Below are positions 62,380 through 64,000 of a DNA stretch of 64,000 nucleotides, piece by piece. Origin of the DNA: Vicugna vicugna (taxonomy: Eukaryota); assembly GCA_013265495.1 (NCBI GenBank), contig MU057700.1:651502-715501 (forward strand). Direction: 5' to 3'. The notes below the pieces were generated by a model. The model was not told the origin of the DNA. It saw only the letters and a program-made list of their open reading frames with translations, and searched no databases. The position numbers and the translations under genes are program-made. Within the stretch, counting starts at the first letter, position 1; every line of letters begins with the position of its first letter.

Positions 62380-64000
62380 TTTTTCTTCCATTTCCATTAC
62401 TAAATGGTTGTTGCCAAAATATAATTGAAAATTTGCATCTAATTAACTAGTGATTTTCATCCTGTGTCCCAGATTAATTTATTGATATAATGGCTTATAT
62501 TGATTAAATTTCCTATTGTTGAACTGGCTTTATATTTTTGGAATAGACCTGACCTGGACTTTCATTTATTTAAAAAAACTTATTGAAGGAGGGTATAGCT
62601 CAAGTGGTAGAGTGCATGCTTGGCACACACAAGGTCTTGGGTTCAATCCCCTGTATGTCCTCTAAGAACAAATAATAAACCTAATTACCTCCCCTCAAAA
62701 ACCCCAAAAATTTATTGAGCACTTCCTATGTTTTAGATGGAAAGTCCATTATGAATAACAGAAAGCCACTGCTTTTGTAGACAGCACATTCCAGTGGGTC
62801 ATGATATATTATTTTTATAATATACTCTTGAACTAATATATTAGTAGGTACACTTCCATCAAAACTGTAAGAGAAGTTTTCCTATGATTTTTTGTTAATG
62901 ATTTGTGGAGCTCTCCATATTTCGTGGAAAGTGTGTGACATCATGACTAATCTGCTCCTGGAAGGCTGGCTAGAATTCAGGGCAGAGATTCCCAGTCCTG
63001 TTGGCTTTTATATCATCAATGGGTTTACAAATATCATCTTCAGTTATTGGTCTAATAACCTTTTTTTAAGGATCAATTTGTTAAAATTTTACTAGTAAGC
63101 AATGTTTCCTTCTCTATATTCGGAAAATTTACTGCTGTGAAATGCTACATACGATTCTTATAATTTTACTATTCTTGCATCTTTGTGGATATATGTGTTT
63201 CCTCAGCTCTGTTGTATATTTTTGTTTTCTCACTTTCCCCCCAAATTTTGCCCATTTTATGTGACATATTTAAAAAATGCTTTTGGTTTAATTTAGTCTT
63301 TCTCGTTTATTTTGGCTTTATTTTAATTTTCTTTATTTTAGATTTTGTCCTTTTGTTTTCATGCTTTCTTGGTTTGTTATTTTTCATATTTATTTTAGCT
63401 AAATATAAATTTCATAATTATTTTTAGTCTTTAAAAATAAGTTAAAGACAAATTTTCTCTGGAACAGCTTTAGTTGTAGGTCTTAAGTTTTCATGTAATG
63501 AACTTCCCCATTGTTTCTTCCCAGGAAAGTAGTAATTTGGATGTTGGTTACTTTTCTTTGATCTAAAGCTTTTAAGTTAGAGAATGTCTCATTTTATGAG
63601 TTAGTGACTTTTTATTGAGTTTTTTTAAATTTTGGTTTTATAGGTCATAATCAGACAAAGTAGCTTGTAAAACCTCTGATTTGTAGAATTTAGTAACATT
63701 TTCTCTGAAAGCACAGCATAACATAATAATTATAAGTAGCACTTTATTTTCAGATGGTTCCAGTTTAGGGGAACCTGTTAAATGGGGAAAATAGTATCTA
63801 TGTTATATGTTTATCCCCAGTATAAGATAATATATATTTAAAATATTCCATGAAAGACATTCTTCAGAGTAAATGCCTAGTGAAATTAGCTGTCATTAGT
63901 TACCTGAACATGAGAGTTCGGTGAACTCTGCTTGGTAGTCCTTTCTTGTTGACAGAGATATATTGTCTCTTAGTAATTATGATTTGTTCTCTTTAATCAA
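62380..64000 (-). mobile_element. Very old, patchy L1 ORF2 remnants
   Basis: T-rich antisense L1-like tracts (TTGAACTGGCTTTATATTTTTGGAATAGACC, GGCAGAGATTCCCAGTCCTG, ACAGCTTTAGTTGTAG). Confidence 0.5.
62588..62705 (+). mobile_element. tRNA-derived SINE (Vic-1-like)
   Basis: GGAGGGTATAGCTCAAGTGGTAGAG...GGGTTCAATCCC...ACCTAATTACCTCCCC; TSD AAAAA(C/T)TTATTGA. Confidence 0.9.

Overview
Repeat-rich mammalian genomic DNA. Six copies of a short tRNA-derived SINE (GGGGAGGGTATAGCTCA...TAATTACCTCCCC, Vic-1-like) and the L1 3' ends point to a camelid artiodactyl; this assignment is an inference. The only gene I recognise is the first coding exon of an anthrax-toxin-receptor-like gene (ANTXRL, minus strand, 9207-8966). 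Its splice sites are intact, but the conserved pre-vWA Cys is replaced by Tyr and I could not find exon 2 in the window. There are three CpG-island promoters (~12.3-12.9, ~42.8-43.7, ~53.4-53.95 kb). A chain of phase-compatible minus-strand exon candidates runs through the AT-rich block at ~24-43 kb and may be an unidentified, possibly decaying gene. Mobile elements include a truncated ERV1 pol-env fragment, an ERV2-like solo LTR, a Tigger1 and its MITE, MaLR LTRs, and many L1, L2 and MIR pieces. The most unusual element is a young L1 at 30.4-33.6 kb. It joins 5'UTR+ORF1 directly to the 3' end at a splice-like junction and has two nested target-site duplications, consistent with transduction of both source-locus flanks. 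No prokaryotic-type system, CRISPR array or RNA gene is supported. Repeat subfamily names are from memory and their boundaries are approximate.
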